DNA of 64,000 nucleotides from an uncultured Gemmatimonadales bacterium (GCA_963739455.1 CAVUAK010000003.1:288001-352000), one strand, 5' to 3'; counted from the first letter of the stretch, positions 20,088 to 32,955 are shown. Notes: generated by a model not told the origin, from the letters alone. Made by a program: numbers and translations.

Positions 20088-22079
20088 ATGTTACTTGCCC
20101 TGCTCGCCCTGCTGCAGCAGCCCGTGGCACCGCCCCCGCCAGCCAAGCCGGCGGCCCCACCCAAGCTGATTGAACGCGTCGAAGTCGTACCCGCCTCAGC
20201 CGAGGTCGGCGTGGGCCAGTCACTGCAGCTTGCGGCCAAGGCGTACGACGCCAACGGCAACGTGCTGCCCGATGCATCGTTCCGCTGGTTCACCGGCGGC
20301 GACGAGGGTAGCGTCTCGGAAACCGGCCTGGTGAAGGCAGGGTATCGCGGCCGGGTGAAGGTCACGGTGGCGGCATCGATGCCCGGCAGCAAGCCGGCCT
20401 TCGGCGAGGCCGACGTGAAGGTGATTCCCTCGCCGCCGTCGCGCATCGCTGTGGAGCCGTCGGTCTCGCGCATGGTGGTGGGGACCCGGCTGTCGATCAC
20501 CGGCACGCCCTTCAGCACCGAAAACGATCGCCGCTACGACCCGGTCACCTTCGTCTCCAGCAACCCGAAGGTGGCGCAGGTGACGCCCGACGGTCGCGTC
20601 GTGGCGGTGGCACCGGGGTCGGCGACCGTCACCGCCAAGGCGGGCGGCGCCACCCAGGCGGTCCCAGTGCAGGTCATCGCCGGTCCCGTGTCGAAGGTGA
20701 CGCTCACGCCCGACAAGGCGTCGGTGCTCACCGGAGACGTGGTGCGCTTCAAGGCGGATGTTCGGGGAGCGGCAAACAAGTCGCTGGGTGACGTCTCGAT
20801 CCGCTGGTCGGTGGAGGACGGCGGTCCCGAGTCGTCGGCGTCGATCGACGGTGACGGTGCCTTCGTTGCCGAAACGCCGGGCAAGTACACCGTTACCGGA
20901 AGCGTCGGTGGTGCCTCGGCCGACGCAGTGATCGAGGTCGCGAAGCGGAAGGTTGGCCGCGGGTTCCAGGTCGTGGGACGGGTGCCGGTCAAGTTCTCGT
21001 CCGCCGAGGCGTGGGCACATCCGGGTGGAACCTGTGTCTACCTCAGCACCATCGCCGACCGCGTGTATGCTATTGACGTCACCACGCCGTCGGCGCCGAA
21101 GATCGTCGATTCGATGATGACGAACGCGCGCATCGTGAACGACGTCATGACCACCGAGGATGGCAAGTTCGGCGCTTTCTCCCGTGAGGGCGCCTCCGAC
21201 CGCAAGAACGGCATCGTCATTTTCGACGCCAGCGATGCCTGTCACCCGAAGCCGATCGCCGAGTACACCGAGACGGTGCAGGGCGGTGTGCACTCATCGT
21301 ACGTCTACAAGAATCACGTCTACCTGACCGATGACGCCACCGGCTCAATGCGCATCATCGACATTTCTGATCCGTACAAGCCACACGAGGTCGCACGGTT
21401 CCAGACCGAGCAAACCGAGGAAGGTCGCTACCTCCATGACATCATGGTGGTGGATGGTCTCGCGTACCTGTCCTACTGGAATGACGGGCTGGTCATCGTC
21501 GACGTGGGCAACGGCATCAAGGGCGGCTCGCCCGAGAAGCCGGTGATGGTATCGCAGGCCAAGTACGACCTGCAGGAGCTCTACACCCGGGTCGAGCAGC
21601 TCTGGGGGCTTGGCGCCCGCGGCACGCACACCGCCTGGCGCCACAAGAACTATGTCTTCGTCGGTGACGAAGTCTATGCGTCCAAGTCGGCCACCGGCCT
21701 CAAGGACGGCAACAACCTGACCTTCGGGCGCATGACGGTGTTTGATGTCTCCAACATCGAGCAGCCGAAGATCGTGGCGTGGTACGAGCCCACCGACGGT
21801 GGCGTACACAACATCTGGGTGGCGGGCGATACACTGTATCTGGGCAACTACCAGGGCGGGGCCCGCGCGGTGGACATATCCGGGGAACTGAAGGGGGACC
21901 TGCTCAAGCAGGGCCGTGAGATCAGCTGGATCCTCACCGCCGACGCCGAAGGCAACCGCCCGCGCGCCACGTTCGCGTGGGGTGCCGTCGTGAAGGATGG
22001 CTACATCTACGTGCCTGACATCAACTCGGGGTTGTGGATCCTGAAGCTGGAGCCGAAGTCGGGCGCCGCGACGCCCTGA
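20088..22079 (+). CDS. Secreted protein with Ig-like (Big_2-type) domains and an LVIVD-repeat propeller
   Basis: Signal peptide; SSNPKVAQV..DG.V Ig repeats; GLVIVDV and His-bearing blades (GGVHS, YLHD, GTHT, GGVHN). Confidence 0.8.
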   Translation: MLLALLALLQQPVAPPPPAKPAAPPKLIERVEVVPASAEVGVGQSLQLAAKAYDANGNVLPDASFRWFTGGDEGSVSETGLVKAGYRGRVKVTVAASMPGSKPAFGEADVKVIPSPPSRIAVEPSVSRMVVGTRLSITGTPFSTENDRRYDPVTFVSSNPKVAQVTPDGRVVAVAPGSATVTAKAGGATQAVPVQVIAGPVSKVTLTPDKASVLTGDVVRFKADVRGAANKSLGDVSIRWSVEDGGPESSASIDGDGAFVAETPGKYTVTGSVGGASADAVIEVAKRKVGRGFQVVGRVPVKFSSAEAWAHPGGTCVYLSTIADRVYAIDVTTPSAPKIVDSMMTNARIVNDVMTTEDGKFGAFSREGASDRKNGIVIFDASDACHPKPIAEYTETVQGGVHSSYVYKNHVYLTDDATGSMRIIDISDPYKPHEVARFQTEQTEEGRYLHDIMVVDGLAYLSYWNDGLVIVDVGNGIKGGSPEKPVMVSQAKYDLQELYTRVEQLWGLGARGTHTAWRHKNYVFVGDEVYASKSATGLKDGNNLTFGRMTVFDVSNIEQPKIVAWYEPTDGGVHNIWVAGDTLYLGNYQGGARAVDISGELKGDLLKQGREISWILTADAEGNRPRATFAWGAVVKDGYIYVPDINSGLWILKLEPKSGAATP

Positions 22080-22088
22080 ACGAAGCCG

Positions 22089-22200
22089 CGTAAGGAGGAA
22101 CAGCAACCACGTAAGGGGGAACCGCAACAGCGGTCCGCAGTTTCAGTTCCTCCTTACGCTGTCGCAGTTCCTCCTCACGCGGTTTCAGCCCCTCCTCACG
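22089..22200. repeat. Inverted array of 21-nt units between convergent genes
   Basis: Two forward units (22089-22109, 22110-22130) and three reverse units (22138-22158, 22159-22179, 22180-22200). Confidence 0.85.
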
Positions 22201-23479
22201 CTGTCATCTCCGACTGCTTCAACTTCCTGTGCACCGAAGTCCTCGCGTCATACTTTACGAAGTCGGGCAGGAGCCAGCACAGCGCCGCCGTTCCTGCCAC
22301 GCACAGGATGCCGCCCGACACCACCGATCCACGAATCCCGGCGAAGCTCGCCACCAAGCCCGCCTCCACGTTTCCCAGCAGCGGCCCGCTCATGTAGCTG
22401 ATCTGCTCGATCCCGGCGAGACGGCCACGCAGGCCATCGGGAATCGTCTGGTTCCAGATCGTCAAGCGATACACCGCACTCACCATGTCCGCCGCGCCGG
22501 CCAGCGCCAGGCACGCGAAGGCAGGCCAGAGCGTGGTTGTGAAGCCGAATGCGATGATCGCCGCACCCCAGAACGCCGCTGCTATGGCGATCGCCCGCCC
22601 TTGCCGGTGCACCCGGCCGGTCCAGCCGCTTGTGGCACTTGCCACGAACGCGCCGAAGGCCGGCGCCGCGTAGAGCAGCCCCAGGACCTTGCCGCCACCC
22701 AGTCGCTCCGCGATCGCAGGGAAGAGCGCGTATGGCATGCCGAAGAACATCGCGTTCATGTCGATGAGGTAGGTGCCGAGCAGGTCCTTGCGACTCAGGG
22801 CATAGCGGAAGCCCTCGATCACCCGGCCCAGGCTCGGTCGTTCGGCGTCGGCTGGTGGGGCCACGCTCCTGATCGCCGCGACCACTGCAATGGAGATGGC
22901 GAAGCTGAGGCCGTCGAGGGCGTAGGTGGCGGCAAGGCCAACGGTGGATATCAGTATGCCGCCGATCGCCGGGCCGCCGATGGCCGCGAAGGTGCTGCCA
23001 AATGACTCGAGTGCTGCTGCGGCAGGCATGAGTTCGGCAGGAAGCAGGCGGGGTGCGAGTGATTGGAGCGCTGGGCGCTGGAAGCCGCTCAGTCCGGCGC
23101 TGATAGCGGCGAGTATGAACAGCCCCCACACCGGCGGCGCCGTCATGAGGGCCAGGAACACGAGCACCAGGCTGCACAGCGCCAGGCCCACTTCACTCAG
23201 GATCAGCAGTCGGCGGCGGTCGTGAGCGTCGGCATATGCACCGCCAAGCAGGGCCATGATGAGCAGCGGCACCAGCTCGACCGCGCCCAGCAGGCCCACC
23301 GCCAGGGTCGAGTGGGTTCGCTGGTAGACCTGGTAGGGGAAGGCCACCGTCGTGAGCATCGAGCCGGCGTACGAGACGGTGCGCCCGATATAGAGCAGGC
23401 GGTAGTCGCGGCTCACGCGGAGCGGCGTCAGGTCGAGCGCCACCGCTTTCCGGAGGCGCTGCAGGCGATCAGCGGTCAT
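22196..23479 (-). CDS. MFS transporter (EntS-like)
   Basis: About 12 TM segments; GGAYADAHDRRRL; QTIPD.LRGR. Confidence 0.88.
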   Translation of the reverse strand: MTADRLQRLRKAVALDLTPLRVSRDYRLLYIGRTVSYAGSMLTTVAFPYQVYQRTHSTLAVGLLGAVELVPLLIMALLGGAYADAHDRRRLLILSEVGLALCSLVLVFLALMTAPPVWGLFILAAISAGLSGFQRPALQSLAPRLLPAELMPAAAALESFGSTFAAIGGPAIGGILISTVGLAATYALDGLSFAISIAVVAAIRSVAPPADAERPSLGRVIEGFRYALSRKDLLGTYLIDMNAMFFGMPYALFPAIAERLGGGKVLGLLYAAPAFGAFVASATSGWTGRVHRQGRAIAIAAAFWGAAIIAFGFTTTLWPAFACLALAGAADMVSAVYRLTIWNQTIPDGLRGRLAGIEQISYMSGPLLGNVEAGLVASFAGIRGSVVSGGILCVAGTAALCWLLPDFVKYDARTSVHRKLKQSEMTA

Positions 23480-23489
23480 GCACCGTGGG

Positions 23490-25409
23490 TCAGTGAGCGG
23501 GCGAGATGATCAGTTGCGCAGAGCCCTGGGAGGCTGGCCACAGGAATGTGAGCGACTCACCCTGGCGGGTGCGATCGAAGCCTTTCTCCGACTTGGCGAC
23601 AGTTTCGATGGGGTAGGTCACCAGCTCCGCCAATGGCTCGGCGAGCGCCTGCAGCGGCGCCGCCAGCGACAGTTCGCTGGCGAACCACCGGGCGGCAGAC
23701 GGGGTCCAGCGCCAGCTGATCGCGATGGTGCCGTCAGGCGAGATGCGCAGCTCCTTCACGAGTGAAGTATCAGCCGCGGCGAGCAGGATGCGAACCTCAC
23801 CATCCACCATTCGCACCGTTGAGCTCATCCGCTCCCGGGCCCAGCTTCGCAACGGCACTACCGCACCCGCCTCCAGCCCATCGGCCGTCGTGTCCGCCGG
23901 CAGGAGGCACTCGACCCCGATGGCGCGATCGTGCGCATCGAGTGGAGGACGCGACTCCAGCCGCAGCGACTGCTCGAGGTCATGGATGCTGGCGGTGCCG
24001 TCGCCCGCGTGTGATGCATCAGACTGGCCGCGGGAGAGCGCCTCGTCATGATACGCCTCGCGGCGACGCGTCAGCACGTCAGCGTAGTTGATGCCGGCAC
24101 CGAAGTGCGACAGCACCTCGATGGCGCCGCCACGCGACGGTGCCACCACGATCGAGCACTGCGCCCCGTGCACCCAGAGCTCTTCCGCGCCGTCACAGTC
24201 GAGGTCCACTGCTTCCCACGTCAGCGCCTCGCCGTGACGCAGCAGTGCCTCGGCTCGCACCAGTTCGTTCCACAGCGCATTGCGGAGGTGGGGCAGGTAG
24301 AGCCCACCGAACACGCCGTGCCAGTAGGCGTCGTTGCACTGTGCGCGCGCGACCGCGCGACGGGCCTCGAGCGGGTCGCCCCGGTCACGACAGAGCGTCG
24401 ACAGCGCCACCATCATTTTCTGCAGGCGGTTGGACTCGGGGTACTTCACCAGGAAGTGACGCCAGTGTGATCCCCGCACCAGCGATCCCTCCGGACCCTC
24501 GAGCCGCTCGGGTCCGAACTCCTTCTCGAGTGCCGCCAGCCGAAGCTGCGGATCGGGCGGCAGCGCCCAGCCTTCCATCTCGCGGTAGGATGCCGTCGGC
24601 AGGTAGGCCAGGCCACCGCACGGTACCTCGCGCAGGACGTCGGCCAGTGTGCTGAGGACAATGCTGCCCTCGTCGACGAGACTCCGGATCATCTCACCGA
24701 AGCGATCGAACCACCCCTTCTCGTAGACCCACTCCTTCGTGCCAGGCCAACCGCCGAACTTCTCACCGTCGTCGGCCAGGAGCGCCATGGCGTGACCCGC
24801 CCGGTTGAGCTCCCGCAGGTACTCGGCGGTCTCCGCCGGCGGCCGGAACGGGATCAGGTAGCGCAGGCGCTCATCGATGGGGAAGACGCCCACCCGCTTG
24901 CCATCGCTCTCGGTGAGGTACCAGGTGTGGAGTTGCTCGCGGCTGAACCCTGCCACCAGGAAGTGGCGATCGTCCACGAGCACCGCTTCCACTCCCGCAT
25001 CGGACAGGTCGGCCGCCAGCTCCGGCTCCCACACGCGCTCCGTCAGCCAGAGCGTAGTGGCCTCGACCCCGAACCGCCGCGCGATCGCCTCTCGCATCCA
25101 GCGTACCTGTTCCACCCGGTCCACCCGCGGTAGTGCCGCGAGGATCGGCTCGTGGAAGCCGGAGAGCAGCAGCTCGAGCTTGCCCGAGCGCGCGAGGCCG
25201 GCGAGCCGGTCGAGGTACGCCGGCTCGTTCAGCTCGAGCCACTCCAGCAGCGGTCCGGACAGGTGCAGCACGGCGGGGAAGAGGTTCGACTTTTCCAGCT
25301 GGTCGAGCAGCGGACGGTAGACATCGTCCAGGTGCTGGCTGAAGACGTGGTCGAAATTTCCGACGGGCTGGTGAAGGTGCAGCCCGATTACGAAGCGAAG
25401 TGGTGACAT
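23490..25409 (-). CDS. GH57 4-alpha-glucanotransferase/alpha-amylase
   Basis: HLHQPVGN, WLTERVW, ADDGEKFG.WP, AQCNDAYWHGVFGGLYLPHLR. Confidence 0.9.
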   Translation of the reverse strand: MSPLRFVIGLHLHQPVGNFDHVFSQHLDDVYRPLLDQLEKSNLFPAVLHLSGPLLEWLELNEPAYLDRLAGLARSGKLELLLSGFHEPILAALPRVDRVEQVRWMREAIARRFGVEATTLWLTERVWEPELAADLSDAGVEAVLVDDRHFLVAGFSREQLHTWYLTESDGKRVGVFPIDERLRYLIPFRPPAETAEYLRELNRAGHAMALLADDGEKFGGWPGTKEWVYEKGWFDRFGEMIRSLVDEGSIVLSTLADVLREVPCGGLAYLPTASYREMEGWALPPDPQLRLAALEKEFGPERLEGPEGSLVRGSHWRHFLVKYPESNRLQKMMVALSTLCRDRGDPLEARRAVARAQCNDAYWHGVFGGLYLPHLRNALWNELVRAEALLRHGEALTWEAVDLDCDGAEELWVHGAQCSIVVAPSRGGAIEVLSHFGAGINYADVLTRRREAYHDEALSRGQSDASHAGDGTASIHDLEQSLRLESRPPLDAHDRAIGVECLLPADTTADGLEAGAVVPLRSWARERMSSTVRMVDGEVRILLAAADTSLVKELRISPDGTIAISWRWTPSAARWFASELSLAAPLQALAEPLAELVTYPIETVAKSEKGFDRTRQGESLTFLWPASQGSAQLIISPAH

Positions 25410-25418
25410 CGAGCTCGA

Positions 25419-27113
25419 CTAGTCGAGGGCCAGGGCGCGTGTGCCTGCGAGCGCGGCCTCGACGGCGGGAAGGGGATCGGGGAAGAGGTCGTCGCGCTCG
25501 TGACTCTCCGCGGCCAGCTGCAGCGCGGCCGGCATCTCCGCCTCGTGTCCCGGGCGGAGCGCGGACACCAGGCGTTCCGCGTCGTCGCAGTGCCCATTGA
25601 AGCGGCGGAAGGCGTAGTCCGTCACTGCGCCGGTGGAGATGATGAACTGCCAGTCGGAGGACTGTGCCAGCAGCAGCTCGCGCGTCGCCTGCTCCAGCAC
25701 GATCCGCTTGAGCGGGTCCAGGAGCGCGGTCGGCGCCACATCCCAGAAGGAGTCCTCGAGCGGCCAGAGACGCTCCCACGTCCACGCCGTCTGCTCGTTC
25801 AGCCACATGCTGAAGTTGCCGTTGGCACCCCATGATCCGGGGGGCAGGCGCAGCGCGCCCGCCGGCGGGTGCTTCTGCAGGTGCGCCGAGGCAGTGCTCG
25901 GGTGCACGTCGGGATGCGCCGGCAGCAGCCGGTACGTTTCCTCGAGGAAGTGCGGCCCCTCGAACCACCAGTGCCCGAACAGCTCGGTGTCGAACGGTGC
26001 GGCCAGTACTGCCGGCGACTTGCGCGGTTCATCCGCCGCGAGCGCGTCGATGAGCCGGGCGAAGTGCGCCGCATGCGCATCGGCGTGCGCGGCGGCGGTC
26101 GGCGGATCGTACGGCTCCTTGGCGCCCATGTCGACGGACGACCCCGTGACGCGCCAGTACTTGAGGCCGCCGGGCCAGCGAATCTTGTGGAAGTCGAGAT
26201 ACGCGCCGTCGCCGGGGTAGCCCCCGTGCCGGCTCCACACCTGCGCCGAGGCCTTGGGATCGCGAGCGAAGGCCGCGACGCCCGCGCCCTTGCCCGGCGG
26301 AGTCACGCGCCACACGCGGTACGGCGACCGCTGCGCCACTGCCAGCGCATCGGTCGCCTCGGCGACACTCAGTCCGTCGGTGCCCTCGCTGGTGAGGCCC
26401 AGTGGCCTGGCCCCCGTGACCAGGTGCGCGTCGACGAAGAAATATCGGTACCCGGCGTCAGCCAGGTGCTCGTCGATGCCGCGACGGATGGACGACGCCG
26501 GCGCGGTCGGCCATGGCGCCCAGCGTTCCCGGGGGCGATAGGCGCACTCCGGCAGCCAGCATCCCGCCGGCGACTTGCCGAACAGCCGGCGATGCTCCCG
26601 CACGCCTACCGCGAGCTGCAGCCGGATGCTCTCGTCGCGCGCGAGCAGCGGCAGGAAGCCGTGCGTGGCGGCGGAGCTGATGATCTCGATGCGGCCCCGC
26701 GACCTCGAGCCCGCGGAACGCCGCGATCAGGTCGCCATCGAGGGTGTGGAACAGGCTGGCGCAGCCGGTTGTACCGCTCCAGCCAGAAAGTGGCGAGCGG
26801 GAATGAGGTGCGCGTCGCCGGTGCCGCGCAGCGACTCGGGCGCGGCATGGCACGCCTCGATCCGCTGGTCGAAGAACGCCTCGACTTCGCTCCGGAAGAG
26901 TGGGTGGGCCAGCTGGTTCGCGAGCACCGGCGTGATGCCGATGGTGACGGGCGCATGCACGCCGTCGCGCTCGAGCGCCTGCAGCGACTCGATCAGCGGC
27001 AGGTAGGTGTCCAGCGCCGCCTCGGTGAGCCAGTCGGAGCCGTGCGGCCAGCGCCCGTGGTTGAGCACCCACGGCAGGTGACTGTGCAGCGCGAGGACGA
27101 AGTCGAGGCTCAC
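25419..27113 (-). CDS. GH57 1,4-alpha-glucan branching enzyme (DUF1957); frameshifts ~26700-26800
   Basis: LHSHLPWV, SAATHGFLPLL, WLPECAY, PFDTELFGHWWFEG, ELLLAQSSDWQF. Confidence 0.9.
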
Positions 27114-28580
27114 GAGTGGCTCAGCACGGCGCGGTACACCGCGGCGTAGCGCTTGCTGGCGCGATCCCAGCTGAAGTCGCGGTGCATCGCCGGTCTGCAT
27201 CATCGCGACCCAGCGCTCGCGGTGCTCCATCGCGCCCATGGCGCGGAACGCCGCTTCCTGGAAGGCGGCGGCGTCATACTTGTCGAACAGGAAACCCGGT
27301 CACGTTGTCCTCCACCGTATCGGCGATGCCGCCCACCCGGCGTCCCACCGGCAGGCTGCCATAGCGCTGGGCCCGCATCTGCGTCAGGCCGCACGGTTCA
27401 TACACCGATGGCATGAGGAACATGTCGGAACCCGCCATGAGACGGTGCTCCATCCGGTCGCTGAAGGTCGGTCTCGACACCGACCTTTTCCGGCAGCGCG
27501 CGACGCAGCTCCAGCAGGGCATCGGCGTAGCGCTTCTCGCCCCCGCCCAGGAACACGAACTGCGCGTCGAAGTTGAGCAGGTGGTAGCTCTCGAAGATCA
27601 CGTCGAGCCCCTTCTGCTGCGCCAGGCGCCCGGCAAACCCGAAGATCGGGATGTGCTTGCGCTGGGGCAGGCCGAAGGCACGCTGCAGCGCTGCCTTGCA
27701 GCGCTCCTTGCCGTCGAGGGCGTGCGAACTGTACTTCGCCGTGATGTGCTTGTCGGTGGCACGGGTCCCACACCGACTGGTCGATGCCGTTGGTGATGCC
27801 CACCAGCCGCGGTCCCAGCGCCTGGAACACCTCCTGCAGCCCGAACCCGCCCTCGTCCGTCCGAAGCTCCTCGGCGTGCTTGGCGCTCACCGTTACCACG
27901 AGGTTCGCGGTGGTGAGGCCGCCCTTCAGCATGTTGGCCCGACCGTACCACTCGAGGCAGTGATGCGTGTACGTCTCCCACGGCAGACCCGACCTCGGGG
28001 ACCATCGATGCGGGGAAGTGGCCCTGGTACCCGGGGTTGTGCACGGCGAGCACGGTGCGCACCTGGCTCGCGACGGGCGGTGCGCATGCGTCGTCTTGAG
28101 GTAGAGCGGCGCCAGCGCGGTGTGCCAGTCGTGCGCATGCAGGATGGTCGGGCCGGACACGAACCGCGGCAGCGCCTCGAGCGCCGCCAGCACGAAGAAC
28201 GCAAAGCGCCGCGCGCTGTCGGGGTAGTCGCCGTTCGAGTCGCCGTAGATCCCGGGGCGATCGTAGAAGTGCGGGTGGGCTATGGCGTACACCTCGGGAC
28301 CGGGACCGGCCCCGATGACGCGGAACAGCTGTGCGAGCTCGGTGGTGGGTCCCACCTGCACCGGGAAGGGATCACCGGCGGGCACCAGTCCCGCCGCCAG
28401 CTCCCGCACCGACCGGTACAGCGGCAGCATGGCGACCACCCGGTGCCCCGCCCGCTGCTGGAAGCTCGCCAGCCCGCTCACCGCCTCGGCCAGTCCGCCG
28501 GTGCGCGCGTACGGAAAAAACTCCGCCGATAGGTGCACGACGGCGGGCAGCGTGGGGCGGTCCAGCTTCTCGGCGGCCAC
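27110..28580 (-). CDS. glgA: Glycogen synthase (GT5); multiple frameshifts
   Basis: [56 protein letters not shown]. Confidence 0.92.
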
Positions 28581-28594
28581 GAGGCCTCCAGTAT

Positions 28595-30758
28595 TCAGTC
28601 CGTAGGTGGGGCATCTCCCGCGAGGTCGGCGCGGGACGCTGGCAGATAATACTCCTGTACGTAGTCAGCCAGCATCCGCTGGGCGGTGAAGCGCCGCCCG
28701 CCGAGCCGCAAGGCATGCCGCATCCGCTCCACCCAGCCGAGCGGGATGTCACGGCTGTCACGCGTGTAGTAGAGGGGTACCACCTGTTCCTCGAGCAGCC
28801 GGTAGCACGACTCCGCGTCCTGCGCGTCGCTGCTGCTGCCGTCCGACGCCCGTCGGAATGGCCCAGCCTCCCAGTCCATCGTACCCCTCCTGCCACCAGC
28901 CGTCGAGCGTGCTCAGCTGCGGCACGCCGTTGAGCGCGGCCTTCATGCCGCTCGTGCCCGACGCCTCGAGCGGCACGCGCGGCAGGTTGAGCCACGCATC
29001 GACGCCCTGCACCAGCAGGTGGGCGATGTGCATGTCGTAGTCTTCCACGAACGCGATGCGCCCCTCGAAGCTCGGGTCGCGCGTGTAGCGGTAGACGCTC
29101 TGCAGCACTTCCTTGCCCGGCGTGTCCGCCGGGTGCGCCTTGCCGGCGAAGATCACCTGCACCGGCCGGTCGGGGTTGGTGCAGAGTCGGCGCAGGCGGT
29201 CGATGTCGCTGAAGATCAGGTTGGCGCGCTTGTAGGTCGCGAAGCGACGCGCGAAGCCGATCGTCAGGACCTCAGGATCGAACAGCGTCCCGGCGCCCAC
29301 GACCGCCGCCGCTTCCTTGAGCTGGCCGGCGAACCGATGGCGCGCATCCTCGCGGATGAAGTCGCGAAGGATCTGCCTTGAGGTGCGAGGTGCGCCTGCC
29401 AGAACTTCTCGTGATCGAGCGACAGCACCCGGTCCCAGATCGCACTGTCGTCGAGGCGATCGGTCCAGCGCGGCCCGAGGTGCTCGGTCAGCAGTCGCCT
29501 GGATGTCGCCGGCCATCCAGGTCGGGAGGTGCACGCCGTTGGTGACGTGACCGATCGGCACCGCCTCCCACGGACGGTCGGGCCAGAGGCTGCGCCAGAG
29601 GTTGCGCGATACCTGCCCGTGGGGCCGCGACACGCCGTTGACCCGGGCGGCGAGCCGAACGGCGCAGACCGTCATGTGGAAGTTCGTGCTGTCGCCGGGC
29701 ATGGCCCCGAGCTCGAAGAATCGCTGGTGATCAACGCCGAGCGACTCCCACACCGGTCCCGGCAACCTTCACGAGTTCGTCGAGCGCGAAGAAGTCGTGA
29801 CCCGCCGGCACCGGCGTGTGCGTCGTGAAGACGCTCCGCGCGCGCACCGCCGATACGGCGTCCTCGAATGACGTCACCGCGCCTGGACCTGCTCCCGCAG
29901 GCGCTCCACGAACATGAACGCCGCGTGGCCCTCGTTGGCATGCCACACCGCGGGGTCGATCCCGACCGCGCGCAGCACCCGTACGCCACCCACGCCCGAG
30001 GATCCACTCCTGCCGGATCCGCAGCTGCGGGCCGCCGGCATAGAGCTTGTTCATCAGCGCGCGGTCCTCGGGGGCGTTCACCGCGAGGTTGGTGTCGAGC
30101 AGGTACACCGGCACCCGGCCCACCATCATCTTCCACGCCCGCACATGCACCGGGCGGCCCGACGTCTCCACCACCGTGACCCACTCCTCGCCCGCGGGGC
30201 CGGTGAGCGGCTGGATCGGCGTGCCCGCGAGGTCGAACACCTCGTCGCTGTCGGTCTGCCAGCCGTCGAGGTTCACCTTCTGGTCGAAGTACCCGTTGGT
30301 GTAGAACAGCCCCACGCCGACGATCGGCACGCCCATGTCGGACGCACTCTTCAGGTGGTCGCCCGCCAGCACGCCCAGGCCGCCGGAGTAGATCGGCACC
30401 GAGTTGTGCAGCCCGAACTCGGCGCAGAAGTAGGCAATGGGACGGCCGGCGAGTTCCGGCCGGTGGCGCGCGAGCCAGGTGTCGTCGGTGGTCAGGTGAC
30501 GCTGGAACGCCGCCATCACGCCGTCGTAGCGCTGCAGGAACGCGCGGAGTCGCTCGCGCACGCGGCGATGCGGGCCGGATCGACCTGCTGCAGGAGCAGC
30601 AGCGGGTTGTGACGCGTGTGGTGCCACAGCCGCGGGTCGATGGCGCCGAACAGGGTGCGCGCCTCGGGACTCCAGCTCCACCAGAGGTTGGTGGCGAGCC
30701 GGCTCAGTCCTTCGATGCGGGTCGGGAGGTACGGAATGCGCTGTTCGAGGGCGTTCAT
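28595..30758 (-). CDS. glgP: Alpha-glucan phosphorylase; multiple frameshifts
   Basis: NLWWSW, YFCAEFG, YSGGLG.LAGD, FTTHTPVPAGHD, TNGVH, ARRFATYKR, GKAHPAD, EASGTSGMK. Confidence 0.93.
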
Positions 30759-30761
30759 GCG

Positions 30762-32439
<1,678 letters not shown>

Positions 32440-32474
32440 AGGGCGGCAAAGATAGGGGGAAGGGGCACAACGCC

Positions 32475-32501
32475 AAAGGGCGCCCCGACGGGGGCGCCCT
32501 T
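32475..32501 (-). terminator. Terminator after the SWIB gene
   Basis: Minus strand AAGGGCGCCCC-CGTC-GGGGCGCCCTTT. Confidence 0.7.
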
Positions 32502-32525
32502 GCGGTGCGTGTACTGCCGAGCGAC

Positions 32526-32867
32526 TCAGCTGAGGTGCTTGCTCACCAGCTTGGTCATCTCGAACATGTTGACCTGGTCCTTCTTGAAGATCGCCTTGAG
32601 CGCGGCATCCGCGTTGATGTTGCGCCGGTTCTTCGAGTCCTGCAGGCCCTTCCGCTTGATGTACGCCCACAGCTTCTTCGTCACTTCCGTGCGCGGCAGC
32701 GGATGCAGTGCCGACGACGACGGCGAGTGCCGCGCTCGGCTTCACGGCCTTCATGAACGCCGCATTCGGCTTGCGCGCTGCCTTCTTCTTCGCGGCCTTC
32801 TTCACGGTCTTGCGCTTGCTGCCGACTTCTTCGCGCCCTTCTTCGCTGCCTTCTTCTTGGCTGCCAT
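32526..32867 (-). CDS. Stand-alone SWIB/MDM2-domain protein with Lys/Ala-rich N-terminal tail; 2 frameshifts
   Basis: MAAKKKAAKKGAKKS...KPNAAFMK..PS.AL..VVG...RTEVTKKLWAYIKRKGLQDSKNRRNINAD...VNMFEMTKLVSKHL. Confidence 0.88.
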
Positions 32868-32927
32868 CGAAATTCTCCTGTGAAAGTGGAGGTACTCGTA
32901 CTCGCCCTGCACAAACACTCGGGGTTC

Positions 32928-32955
32928 AAGGTACAACCTTGTCACCGGGGCGCAA
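32928..32955 (-). promoter_or_regulatory. Possible sigma70 promoter for the SWIB gene
   Basis: Minus strand TTGCGC-N16-TACCTT; AGGAG RBS before the ATG. Confidence 0.4.

Noticed and set aside
22089..22200. Possible mini-CRISPR array
   Set aside because: Units abut without unique spacers, switch orientation, and no cas genes are present
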